Assembly: GCF_000281045.1 (NCBI RefSeq)
Contig: NW_008246068.1
Location: forward strand, 456,859-520,858
Origin: Saprolegnia diclina VS20
Taxonomy: Eukaryota
Reading direction: 5' to 3'
DNA: 64,000 nt
Every line of letters begins with the position of its first letter. Position 1 is the first letter of the stretch. A model generated the notes under the pieces. It saw only the letters and a list, made by a program, of their open reading frames with translations. It did no database searches and had not been told where the DNA came from. Below, one piece after another: positions 36,867 to 48,913 of this stretch. The position numbers and the translations under genes are program-made.

Positions 36867-39800
36867 TCATTTGGACGCGGTTTGCGTTTTGGCGGCGGCG
36901 GCGGCGGCTCGCTGGAGCCGCGACACTTCGCGCAGGTCCCGTAGGAGGTTGGTGACGCGCGACGGTTTGGCTTCGTTGCGTGCAATCGTCGCTTGGGCGG
37001 ACGCCATGATCTTGGCGACCTCTGCCGCGTCCTTGCCGGTCGCAAGCAGCAGCTGGACGGTGCAGTGGTCGACGCAGTAGGGCTGCGACTTGAAGACTGG
37101 CGACGAGCACCCAGATATGCCACATGGCGCGTCTTTCACCTTCTTCTTCGTCTCCTGCTCGGGCTCGACGACCTGTTGTTGCGGTGCTTGGTTGGTTTCT
37201 AACTTCTCGGCACGCTTGCGCTCGGCAATCATTGCTTTCTCGCGCCGCAACGTCTCGAGATGCTGCTCTTCCAACCTGCGCTGGCGCGCCAAGGCGTCGG
37301 CGGCCGCGTCGTTGTCAGCAGCTTTTCGGAGTGCTGCAATCTTGCGCTCGAGTTCCAGAATGGGCGCGGTGGCTTGGATCGGCACGAGCGAGGGCAGTGG
37401 CTCGGCTTGGTGCTCGACGCGCTTGCCCTTGGCGTGGTAGCGCTCAAAGCAACCGGGGTTGCCCATCCAGCGCGCGCTACAGTACTTGTCGCCACAGCTC
37501 ACGCACTTACGATCCGCAGGTTTGCCGCAGTCGGCGCAGAGGTTGTCGCCGTACAGTGCGGCTTTGGCCGCTGCGAGCTGCGTCTCGAGGCAGGCACCGA
37601 CATGCTTGGACGCGACGCGGCAGACCGTGCATACGTGCTTGCTGCAGTGGCGACAGACCGCGTCCGTCGCGCGCGCGTTGCAGGCGACGCAGTGCCCGGC
37701 GCCTTCGTAGAGCGGGTGCGGAATCGGCTCCATCGCATGGCTCGCCTTGTTGCCGCGGGCGTGCGTGCGGTCGGCGCAGTCCATGCACAGCGCGTCTTGG
37801 CACACGAGGCAGCGCTTGATCGCGACGCGCTCTTCGCACTCGATGCAGACCTGCGCTTGTGCCGGGTATGTCTCGATGGTGTGGCGGGCGCGGGAGCCCT
37901 TGGCGTGGACGCGGATGCAGCACTTGTCGCAGTAGTCTTCCTTGCAGTCGAGGCACCGGTGGCTGCTATAGCGCGTGCACTCGACGCAGCGCAGCGGTGC
38001 CGCGTGAATGTGGTTGAGCGGCTGGTACGTGTGCCACGACAGCGCTGGTGGGTGGCCAATGCAAAAGCACGCAAAGCAGTAGTAGACATAGTCGCCACTC
38101 GACGTGCAGCACACGTCGCAGACGCGGCTCGCGCGCTCATTCTTGCACAGCGAACAGACCACGTTGCTCTCGAACGACATGGCCTCGGGCGCTTGGTTGC
38201 TCGATGCGAGCCACGGCCAGCTCAAAATGCGCCTCTTAGACACACGGTCGACGACAAGTGGCCGGAACGGCAGTGCGCGGCCGTACTCGTCGATGGGCGG
38301 CCGGCTCAGGCGCTCCTGCGTCGGCGTGTAGACGTAAAAACTGAGCTGACTCGCCTCCACGTAGTGTTCTTCGTACTCGGAGGCTTGCTCGGCGAGGAGC
38401 CAAGTTCGGGTGCTACGAGCTACCATGCAGCGGTACGCGAGCTGGAGCACAGTGGCGCAGCGATGGCGGTAGGCGACGAGCGACGTGTACCACCGGTGCA
38501 GTCGGAGCATGCGAAAGAGGCTCTGGGCGAGGATCGTGGCGCGGATGTACTGCAGACAAAACTCAAGGCCGCCGACGCGAAGATACAAGGCGGCTTGTCC
38601 GACCGAGAGCTTCCGGGCGGCCGCAATGTTGTGCTCCCAGAGCCCGCGCGTCTTGGGTATCACGGCAAGCACCTAACACCGTCGCAATGTCAACACGGAC
38701 GCTGGAAGCGAGATGCAACGACCTTTGTGAGCTGGGACGGAGTGAGCGGCACGGCACTGAGGGCGAGCTTGGGGTCGTGGGCGACGCCAATGATGCAGTG
38801 CGAGATGGCGATCGCATCGAGGAGACAGCGTGCGAGGTGCTTCAGTTGCATGTTGGCGGCAATGACGGCGCAGCGCTTGAGCGCGCTTTGGTACAGTTTG
38901 TAGAGCTGCACTTCTTTCTCTTCGGTCGTCGACTGCGGTGGAACGAGCTCGACGCTCAAGTTCTCAGTGGCTTGCTGCGGCCGGCCGCTGTAGAGGCGAA
39001 TGTACATCTCGAGCTGCTTGGTCGAGACGGGCACGGGCAGCTCTCGCAACGCGCGCACGAGGCTCAGGACGCGGCCTTGCTGGCCCGTAAAGTGCGACAA
39101 GAGACTCGACTGCAACACCTTCTCAGACGCAATGCAGAGAAACCCGTGCTTCTCTGGCACCGGGGGCATGCGGGGCGTGAGCGGGTACATTCGGGTCGAG
39201 CAGGGCGGTCTCGGTCGCGGCGCCGCTTTTAAAATCGCCTTGTCCTCCTTGGTCCACGCCACGTTGTAGAGCGACAGCAGCTTGCTTTCGGGTATCGACC
39301 AGAACGCCTCGATTGAGAGTTTGGCTTTGACGAACGACGCCGCGTACTTGGCTAGCCCGAGCCGATGCAAGTAAACGCTCAGCGACATGCCCTCAAGGTC
39401 GAACCCGACGTGCGCGATGGCCGCGCCGGCCGCAATTGTCGCGTGCACGTGCTCGACAAACGAAAAGCTGTAGAGCAAAGTCAGGAACGCTTTCCGGCCG
39501 AGGAACATGTGGTGCGCCGCCTGGATCGCACGCGCTGCGTACTCTTGCTCAAAGACGTACTCGGGGGCGTCCCACGAGACTGCGCCGGACGCTGCATTGT
39601 AGTAGTACGTCCGACTGTTGGGCTCGTCGACCGTGCGCCACCCAAACGGCATCTCGACTTTGGTGTACGCGAGCGTCAGCGAAGTGTGCCGGTTTGGCGC
39701 CAGCGCCGATGCGAGGCCGTCGTACGCCAACAACATGGACACGAGCGCGGACGCGTGGTGGCTTGGAGGCCGCGCGTACGGCGGCAAGAGCAGCGCCGCC

Positions 39801-42800
39801 TTGGCCTCCCGAAGGACACTGCGATGGTACGCAGATGCAAACACAATGTAGTGGGCTTCGACAAGAGGCGATATGGACGGTACGCTCGGCATGGCCTTGC
39901 GCCGGGACCGCGGCTCCATCGCATTGGTCCACTGCAGCGTGAGCGGGTTGCGCGTCGCATGTGGCTGAATACGCAGCGTCACGTAGCGCTGCCGGTCCAT
40001 CCAAAGCGGATCCCACAGCGCCCGCTCGCGTTCTTTCTTGGCGGCGCGGAGCTGTGTGCGGAGGTAGCTCTGGCGCCGACATCGCCCAAGGAACCGCCGG
40101 CTCGCGCGCTGGAGCTTCAAGCAGGCCGCGTGGTGTGAAATCGCGTAGCTGGGTCGTTCCCAGACCATACTGCCCGTTGGCGTGTGGACGTAGTACCAGA
40201 CTTGAAACTGGTCGTGCCAGTCGGCTTCGTACCCAAACTGGAGTGTGCGACTCAGTTCGTCGAGAAGCGCAGCGTGGGCCGCGGCGGCCTGACGCTCGGC
40301 AATGACCTTTTGCATCGCTCTGACATCGTCCTCCCAGACGCGGCGCACAGTGCTGCTTTGCCGGTCGGCGTCGTACGATGCTTGGAGGTGCGTGCGCAAG
40401 TGCGCGAGTCGGAGGTTCTTGAGCAGCTGGCGACCTTGCCGCGTGCGCCAGAGGCGCTGGACCATCTTGGCGCTCGCGTCCATCTCGAGAAGGCGCGTCA
40501 TGCACTGCCGCCACACCATTGGACGGTGCGGTAGCTTGGTCATATGCGCTGCATGCGTCGATTCGAGCAAAGCCGCTGGGATCGGAAGCGACGACGATGC
40601 GTGGGCGTCGGCCATGTCAACGACCGACACAGCGAGCAGCTCGGCCATGCGCTCGACTGCAAACTGCAGGATGTCGCAGCAGGCTTGCAGCCGGGTGGTC
40701 TCAGCCTTGCCGATCTCCGCGTCGAGCTTGGAGTAGAGGAGGTTGGGCGTATGGAGCTTGACGTCCGAGATCGTCGTGTACATACCGAAAAACATCACCA
40801 GCTGGCACGTGGTCACGGCCTTGGCGCGCAGCGACTCGATGAACGAGAGCGCGCGGTACTCGTTGTTGGGGAAGTAGTCCAAGAAGAGACGTTTGATGTG
40901 CTACACAATGTCGTCAGAACCAAACGTCGCATCGCAGCTCAGTAGACACCTCGGGCGACTCGATGTAGAGGCAGCTGCGCTGCACAAAGATCGCCTTGAC
41001 CTCGCGCTCTTCCATGCGCTTGAGCGCCTTCTTGGCGACCTCCCATGCCTCTTTGGCTGCCACGACGCTCGGCGCCCGCCGGTCGCGCTCGCTGTCCAAC
41101 GTTTCAAGGAGCTCGGTCGCGGCGCGCAGCTGCTGAGCAGTCACCTCGAGCCGGTGACGCAGCGCACGTGGCGGGTGTTTGAAGTCCTGAGCTTCGAGCG
41201 TCGCCGCGTTGTGCCGCTCGGTGGCTGTCATCAGAATGCCTTTTTGGTGCGCCGCCCGGGCGACTGCGGTCGTATACGGTGCGTCGAGACGGCGAAAGGT
41301 GGCGCTGAGCTCGGCCACGAGGCGCCGCTGGTCGCGCACGTCCTCGAGCCACGTGCGATAATGCAACGCCGACAGCAGCGTCTGCCGGAGGTCCTTGTCG
41401 CGCACCAACGTCATCATCTGCGACTCGGAAAGCTTGCGCAGCCCTGCAACACTCTTGCACCTACACCCACGTGAGACATCGCATATCGCCTTGACGAACC
41501 ATGTACCCGAGCCCCACTAGGTCGTCGTACAAGCTCTCGAGGCCCAGTCGGCGCAGCCAACCCGGTAAACCGAGGCTCACCATCGGGTCAAACGGGTCAA
41601 AATGCCGCAGCGACGCCTCGACCGCGTGCGAGACGATCGCCATCAGATGCGTAAACGACTTGTACGGGTTCGCCACGCGCCGTCGCTGGATCGTTAGCAA
41701 GCGCGCTGCAAAACGCTTTTGCGCGTTCTGGCGCCACACCCGCTGCAGTCGCGTCGCCATGCGCTGTCGCAGCGCGTCACGCGTCCAGCGCATGACGAGG
41801 GCGTGGCGACAGCGACAGCCGCGCCAGCACCTATTCCTTCTCGCTCAGCTGCGATCGACGAGGTCAGCACGTTGTACCGCTGCAGTGTCGTCGCATGCCG
41901 ACTGCGCGTGTGCATCACACTACGCGTCACATTCTCCATGGCCTACGCGTGATCCGATGCAATGGTATGTCATAATGCGTCATCAAGTACCTGCACCAGC
42001 ACGCGCTGCATGAAGGCACTCGCAGCGCAATATCGCCGGGCGCGGTGGAGTCCAGCGACGTATCGCCGGGCCTGCCACCCGCGCGCAATGCGCTGAATCG
42101 CGATCGCAGCGCGCGTCTTCTTGACAAACGCCCGCGTCCACGCACCATGCACCAGCGCCTGTATCGTGGTGGCAGCAACATCGCGCACCTCGCGCAGCGC
42201 TCGGGCGCCATGACACAGCATTCGCTGCTTGAAGGTTTGGAGATGCCGAAGCATGCGGCCGGGCACCGCTTTGCGCCACCAGTACTGCAGCCGCGTCGCA
42301 GCGCGCATGCGCCGAGCGTGGTGGACGCGGAACCACCACTTGAGGCGGCGGTGCATCACCCGCTCGAAATGGCGCTGCGTGCGTGCCCAGCGCGCCTTGT
42401 AGCACCGATAGGCGCACTGAATTCGAGTCGCGAGAGCGAGGCGTTGACGCCGCACGAATCCTTTCAGATAGCGCTGGAGCGTCCGCGCGTGCTGGTGCCG
42501 GGCCAGTCGATGCAATGTCGCCGCCTCGTGGCGCTCGTCCACGTCCTTTTCGCGCAGACAGCCGAGGAGGAAGAACGTCGTGTACTCGTTGTTGCGCCGG
42601 TACCACGCCTTTTGGATCAAGAGTGCCGCCGAGACGCGCCGCGCCAGGTACATTCGGACGGCCCGCGCGCCGCGTCGCCCGAGATGCCCGCGCACCATGC
42701 GCTGCAGCAGCATCGTCGCCTGCCAGCGCGCTTCGACGAACCGCCGCTCGACAAGCACGACCGTGCGGACGAATTTCCGCCCGATGCGGCCGCGCCAGCT

Positions 42801-45147
42801 GCGCTGCACTAGGAAGGCTGCCGAGCGCAGCCGCACAAAGTGGCTGCGGCAGAGGTACCGGCGGATAGCAGCTTGCATGCGCTGGATCTGACGGCGCACT
42901 TTGATGTAGGCAAACACCGCGATGCGTTTTCGCGCCAGCGCCTGAATACGAATGGCCGCGCGGCGCTGTCGCTGCATGAACTTGCGAAAGCGGCGCCCGC
43001 GGTACGGCGCCTGGACTGCAATCGCCGCGGCCCAGAGCGCTCGGCGCTCGAGCCGAATCCGCAGCGGAATACCAAACGGAAGATGCGCACGCGGGGGCGC
43101 GAGGTACATGTCACGCAAGGCGCCGTTGATCAGACCGTCGTCGTGGAGCTTGTAGACGCGCTGGAGAGCAAAGTACCGGCGGACGCAGGGCTGGATGCAG
43201 CGGGCGGCGACGTCGCGGGCCATGTACAGGTCGGCCCGCGTTGTCTGGACCCACTTGACGTAGCCTTTGTGCAGAAAGGCCTTGACCATGAGCGCCATGG
43301 CGAGGCGCATGCGCTTGAGCGCGGCTTGCCGCACAAAGGCGCCCATGCGGTCGTGGTACCGCGCGCGCTCGACAAGGCCTTTCCACTGCACATACGCGAC
43401 GCGCTGCTGGTTGAGCTCAAACTCTTCGAGCCAGAGCGCCATTGCGTGCTGGAGTCGGTCACGGCAGTAGCCGACGCCGCCCGGCAGCTCAAAGAGAAAC
43501 TTGAGCGGGAGTTTGTTCCGCATCGAGTGGATGCGGCGGTCCATTCGGACGCGCAGTGCGGCTTCTTGGTCACGCAAGGTGTGCAGCGCGGTGCTAAAGC
43601 CGCGCATAAGCGTCGAATGCTCGGCGCTTGCGAGCGCATCGACCGCGGCCGTCGACGTCGATTCGATGGGACACGAGAGGATCGCGAGGAGGCGCCGGCG
43701 CTTGTACTCGGCACTCGAAATGTCGAGCGACGCGTCGTACTCGTCGTCGTTGGCAGCGTCGGTGGGGCGGACCACGAGCCGCCGCTTGGGCGCAGGGACA
43801 TAGATCAAACTCTGGAGTTCCGGGTGCGGTGCAAAGCTCGAGTCTACCATCGCGTTACTGCATGCAAAGAGGAGGGAGTGTACCGAGAATGACTGGGTGG
43901 ACGTCGCCCCACGGCGTCGGCCGCAGTCGACTACACAGTGCGATGGATGAGACGTTGTCGGCACCTGCCAAGCTACCTCGCGGCCGACCGGCGAACGCTC
44001 TGGCGGCTGAACGGGAGACTCATCGGCATCTCGTTCGTCGCCAGCATCGCCAGCATCTGATCGGGCGGGAGCAGGAACGGCCGGCGATCGGTCGGCAGCG
44101 ACGCTTCGTAGAGCGACGAGGGCAATATGAGGTTGGGTGTCACAGCGAGCGCGGTCGTGAGCTTGGAGCCTTTGACAGCGCGGGTCGGCTTGCGGATGGT
44201 GCGCGGCCGCATGGTCGGGGTCGCAGCAGGCGTCAACGTTGCGGCATTAGACAGCGGACGCTGGAACGGATAGTAGACTTGGGGCACGCCGTAGCCCGCA
44301 AACCGCTTCTCGTACTCGTACACGGGGAGATCGTCGCCGCTTGCTGTAAGTCCCATGATGTCGCCTTCGTTGCCAAACAAGACGGATCTACGCTGCGCAT
44401 GAGACACATGGAAGGGGTAGAGGGAGGGATACCGCATCGGCGTGTGCCGGCTGGGTGGCTTGGACCGCGACGCGACGGTGCGGGGCCGTCGGGCAGCCGC
44501 CGCCGTCGTCGGTTTGCGGTCTTCTTGTTGGTTCGTTGACGCCACGGGGCTGGTCGGTCGTACATCGGTTGTCATCTTGCGCTTCCGTAGCTTGACGGGC
44601 GCGGCAAGCACGAGCAGCTCCGAGTGGAGCGACACGAGATGGCCGAGCCCGGTGCTAGTAGTCGGGTACGGGGCTAGAGAGCAAGGAGGGCGAGGAGAGA
44701 GCGTGAGGAAGATATTACCTTCCATGAGCATCGAGATGACGAGACAGCAGTTGACATGGATCTTGCGCGTGTCCATGGACGACGCCTTCTTGGTATGGCG
44801 GCAGTGGTTGACGATCTGCAGGAGCGCGTCGACCAAGACGTCCGAGTCCAGCTTGAGCTGCCGCTTGAGGCTCGCGTCGCGCTCCATGAGCAGCCCCAGC
44901 GTCCGCGCTGCCATGGCTAGTCCAGAGGATGTGGGAGGCGCTCGCGAGACCATACAGTACCGCGCGTTAGCATCGGGTTGGCTTGGTTGCGCAGGATCCC
45001 GATCACGTCGTTGACATACGACGGACGGCCTTGCAAGACCGCGTCGTCGACGTCCACGCGTTGCTGCTTGGCGCAGCCCGCGATCCACGCCACGTCCTCG
45101 TCCGGCGACGGCTGCTCCCTGGGCGTCGACCGCTTTCGCCCCGCCAT
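36867..45147 (-). CDS. Giant IQ-repeat / WW / SAM / B-box protein, multi-exon (may be annotated as two genes split near 43.9 kb)
   Basis: Many IQxxxRGxxxR motifs (41700-43220 and elsewhere), WW domains (~40155-40240, ~39565-39652, ~38295-38380), SAM-like WLRRLGL and YLHRLGLAKY, tandem B-box fingers at 37400-38160. Introns of 46 and 40 nt near 43.9 kb join the upstream ORF in frame. Confidence 0.75.
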
Positions 45148-45468
45148 CGCAAAGATACCGTGCCCTTTCAAGCAGGCTAAACGCACGCCCTCTACGGTGG
45201 CAACTAGCAAACAACCGGACAAGATGAGGTCGATAATACGGCGTTCTACGACGTCCACCACGGAGAAAAGCCTCTCTACATAGTATTCATGCCCCAAAGA
45301 CGAAGCGAGATCGCACGGCGTCGTCGGCAGTGGAAGCGCGGCGCTTCAAGTTGCGTGTGTTCAGTCTCATGTTGAGTGTTTAGAACTATAAAATCATATT
45401 TGGTATCGATGATATATGTGTTTAAAACACTGCGTTTTTCGATTGACACAAGATTTGGCAAAGCAAAC

Positions 45469-45990
45469 ATGCTCGCCGAACTCGAGCAGCGCGCTCAGAC
45501 GTGGAAGGTGCAGTGGGCCTCCGAGATCCTCCCCGGTCTCTGGCTCGGCAGCGGCAACGCAGCCTCCAAGCTCGAGACACTGCAGCGCCATCGCATCACC
45601 CATATACTCAACGTCGCGGACGACGTGCCCAACTTCCATCCGAGCGCGTTCACATACGGCAACCTCGGCGTCACAGACTTTGGTCAGGACGTTGGCATCC
45701 GTCGCGTCTTCCCGACAGCATTCGCTTTCCTCGACGACGCCTTGGCGCGAGACGACGGACGCGTCTTGGTGCACTGCGCAGCGGGGGCAAATCGGTCTGC
45801 CACCGTCGTCCTTGCCTACCTCATGCACGCCAAGAAGATGGCGCTGGCCGATGCGTGGGCCCATGTACGCAGCCGCCGCCGGGGCATCTGCCCGCTCCGA
45901 GACAACCGCAAGGAGCTCATGGCGTTTGAGCTCGAGCTATTCGGATGCTACTCGTTCCAGTCGCTCGACGCCTTTCTTGAACTGCGGTGA
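45469..45990 (+). CDS. Atypical dual-specificity protein phosphatase
   Basis: SEILPGLWLGS, ITHILNVA, catalytic VLVHCAAGANRSATVVLAYLM. Confidence 0.93.
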   Translation: MLAELEQRAQTWKVQWASEILPGLWLGSGNAASKLETLQRHRITHILNVADDVPNFHPSAFTYGNLGVTDFGQDVGIRRVFPTAFAFLDDALARDDGRVLVHCAAGANRSATVVLAYLMHAKKMALADAWAHVRSRRRGICPLRDNRKELMAFELELFGCYSFQSLDAFLELR

Positions 45991-46146
45991 CTTGAGCGTT
46001 ATCTGGCGAAGGCATTTGTCACCCATTCTTGCTTCTTGGACTCTCCAGCGTCAGTACGAGCCTGTGGACGAGCTCGGGCATCATCTTGACGGATCATAAG
46101 ATCGTACATTAGAACTTGGAATAAATATTGGCGCCTGAAGCGACAC

Positions 46147-47385
46147 TCAGGAAGAAAAGAGCGACGGGCCCTCAAAGCTAAAGCCGTGGAAGCGGTCAAA
46201 GGAGTGATGCGTTGCTTGGTTGTCATCGTCGTCTTCGTGCTCCCACGGGTCCACGGGCACGCTCGTAAACTCATTTTCAAAGTTGCGCGCTTCGTCAATG
46301 CACGCGGGGTCCTCGCACGGGTCGAGCGGCGCCGTGAGCTCGCCGTAGCTAAGCGCAATCCAGTCGATGGTTGCAAAGAATGGATGGCTCTTGATGTCGT
46401 GTGCGCCGTGGCCCGACCCAAGGCGCTGGCTCGGGTCGGCCACGAGCAGGTTCCGGATCAGGTGACGCGCCGACGGCGACACGTACGACGGGAACGCAAG
46501 AGGTGCGGCGCGGATCGACGGCAGCTGCTCGAAGGTCGGCGGCTCGTCCGTGTACCACGGCGGGAGGCCCGTGAGCATCTCGTAGAGGACGATGCCGAGA
46601 GCGAACCAGTCGACAGCCGTGCCGTACCCGCTGCGGTTGTTGCCTTTCCAGACCTCGGGCGCGAGGTACTCGAAGCTGCCACACATGGTCTTGGTGCCCC
46701 GGGTCGCCTCAAGGATGCCAAACTTGGCGAGGCCAAAGTCGACGAGCTTGACGTGGCCGTCTGCGCTGAGCAAGAGGTTCTCGGGCTTGAGGTCGCGGTA
46801 CGCAATGCCGTGGCGGTGGAGGTGTTCGAGCGCCAAGACGATCTCGGCAGCGTAGAACATGGCGATCGGCTGGACGAAGCGGCCAAACGGCGACGCTTGG
46901 ATCTGAGTCGCGAGCTCACCACCGGGGCAGTACTCCATGACGAGGAAGAGACTGGTTTGGGACTGGAACGCATAGTGCAGATGCACAAGGCCCATGTGCG
47001 CGGTGCCGCCGAGCACATCCCGCTCGGACCAGATCTGGTCGGCGCTTACGCCGGCTTTCGACACGATCTTCATGGCATAGAGGCTGCCCGTCGCCTTCTT
47101 GCGCACGAGGAGGACCTTGCCCATGGAGCCAGCGCCAATGAGCTTGATAGTTTCAAAGTCGTGGACGCTCACGTCGTTGCTGCCATGCACGCACGACGAC
47201 GCGGTTGACGTGGTCGAGAGCGTACTCGGCGACCGCGGCGCATGGCGGACCACATGCACGACGTCGTCTTCGCTCTCGAGCGCGACCTTCTCGACGACCC
47301 GGCGCTTGGTGCCATCGCTCGTGAAGACGCTCTGCAGCTCCATGACCTGCCTCCGCCGACCCGGCGACGATGCGGTCGTGCCCAT
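46147..47385 (-). CDS. AGC-family Ser/Thr kinase (PKB/SGK/S6K-like)
   Basis: GAGSMGKV, YAMK, YRDLKPENLL, DFGLAK, TMCGSFEYLAPE, DWFALG, C-terminal NFENEFT and hydrophobic motif FHGFSF. Confidence 0.95.
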   Translation of the reverse strand: MGTTASSPGRRRQVMELQSVFTSDGTKRRVVEKVALESEDDVVHVVRHAPRSPSTLSTTSTASSCVHGSNDVSVHDFETIKLIGAGSMGKVLLVRKKATGSLYAMKIVSKAGVSADQIWSERDVLGGTAHMGLVHLHYAFQSQTSLFLVMEYCPGGELATQIQASPFGRFVQPIAMFYAAEIVLALEHLHRHGIAYRDLKPENLLLSADGHVKLVDFGLAKFGILEATRGTKTMCGSFEYLAPEVWKGNNRSGYGTAVDWFALGIVLYEMLTGLPPWYTDEPPTFEQLPSIRAAPLAFPSYVSPSARHLIRNLLVADPSQRLGSGHGAHDIKSHPFFATIDWIALSYGELTAPLDPCEDPACIDEARNFENEFTSVPVDPWEHEDDDDNQATHHSFDRFHGFSFEGPSLFSS

Positions 47386-48913
47386 GGTTGCCGGCAATGA
47401 ATTGCAGAATGATCGCAATCAACCACGGGACAAGCACGAGCGTTTTGATTGGCCCGCGGGCCCCGGACCGAAAAACACGCCGGGCGACATCCGGATAAAA
47501 ACGCAAGATCGGCATGCGATTGGCTGCAATTCGGTGTGACAACGGGCGCGTGTCGTGGGTTGTCGGCGTGTACGGCGAATGTACGGCGAATGTACGGGAC
47601 CCGGCGGTGGAAGATCCAACGACCACCAGCGAGTCGTCTTCTTGGAACGCTTGAGAAGATGGCGCGGGCCATCTGGGGGTATACGCCACGGCAGCGACAA
47701 GGACCATTGAATTTGTTGTCTCTGACGACTGCGCGCGATTGTGAGGAAGACGGTCTTTCCCGTCGAAGTCGTTGGTTGTGCGATGTACGAGAAGTACAGT
47801 GTAGTAGCCGTGGGAGCGACAGGACACACATCCACAATACTGGTTGCCGACCTAGCATTCTCAAGAAGAAGATGCCGCTCCTTGAAAGGTTGCTTCCGTT
47901 CAGGTAGTTGAGCGCAGCATCGTCCGTGTCTGCGGACAGAGCTGTTGCTGGAGCTGTTGGTTGTCTGCGAAAAACCCTCGACGTTCGAAATTGCTCGCGA
48001 TCGTCGCGTCGCGAGGCCAGAGCTTTGCATGGGGCTGCTGCCCAATGTACTGGAGCTCACAACGAAGCTTTGTACGGGTTTACTGTAGACACACCGATCC
48101 TTGACAACGACCGAGTGCATCATTCCTTCCGTGTCTGTCATTGAGGAGTTGCTTCCGCGGATTGTTCCACGACGCTTCAAGTCTCATTCCAAACCGGGAG
48201 GCCATAATAACCGGTAAGAAAACACGAACCGGTTTTGAGGAGCATTGCCGGTTGGCTTTGCCGGTTGGGTGGACCGTGGCTTTAAAATGAGAAACGCCGT
48301 CAAGTGGACAGGACAAGGACAGGACACGCGGCGTGGATATCAAGATTGTATTAGCTTCTTCCAGTCGAAGTGCAAGAAGATAGGGTTGCCCTTGACTTTT
48401 GCGGCTCCACTCGACCTACGACTCGGGCGCACTTCCGTACAGGCACTGTAGCGCCGATGCGCAAGCGCGTTTGTTGACGCGAACACTCAAGGATAGCGGC
48501 GGTCGTGCGTCGCGTCCCGTTACCGATGGCTGCGCTCTGTCGGAGCAAACCCATTTCAACGAGGCCACGCTGTCATGGGTGTCCTTCAAGATGGCCTTTC
48601 TGGTTCTTGGCGTGTGCTTTCCACGTTGCATCAACGGTCGTATGGTTCTATATGGTCTACATTCCCATGTTTTATTTTATGCTGATCAAACAAATTATAT
48701 CATTTGCATATATGGATGTCATCACGTCTCAGAACGTGATACATGTCCATATATCCTTTTGGCGTGGACGCAACGTCGCCTCCCAAGCGCGAAGAGCCAC
48801 TTCAACTTCCAACGTCCACTTTGCACAGACGGGGTGCGTCTGAGCCCAAACCCGCGTCCCACGCGACGCGCACTGCGCTTGACAATCGACTGCATTGACC
48901 AACTAGCACGGCC

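Noticed and set aside
47419..48180. 253-aa Ser-rich minus-strand ORF upstream of the AGC kinase
   Set aside because: Non-ATG start, weak codon bias and no motif. It may hide a small gene but I cannot support one.
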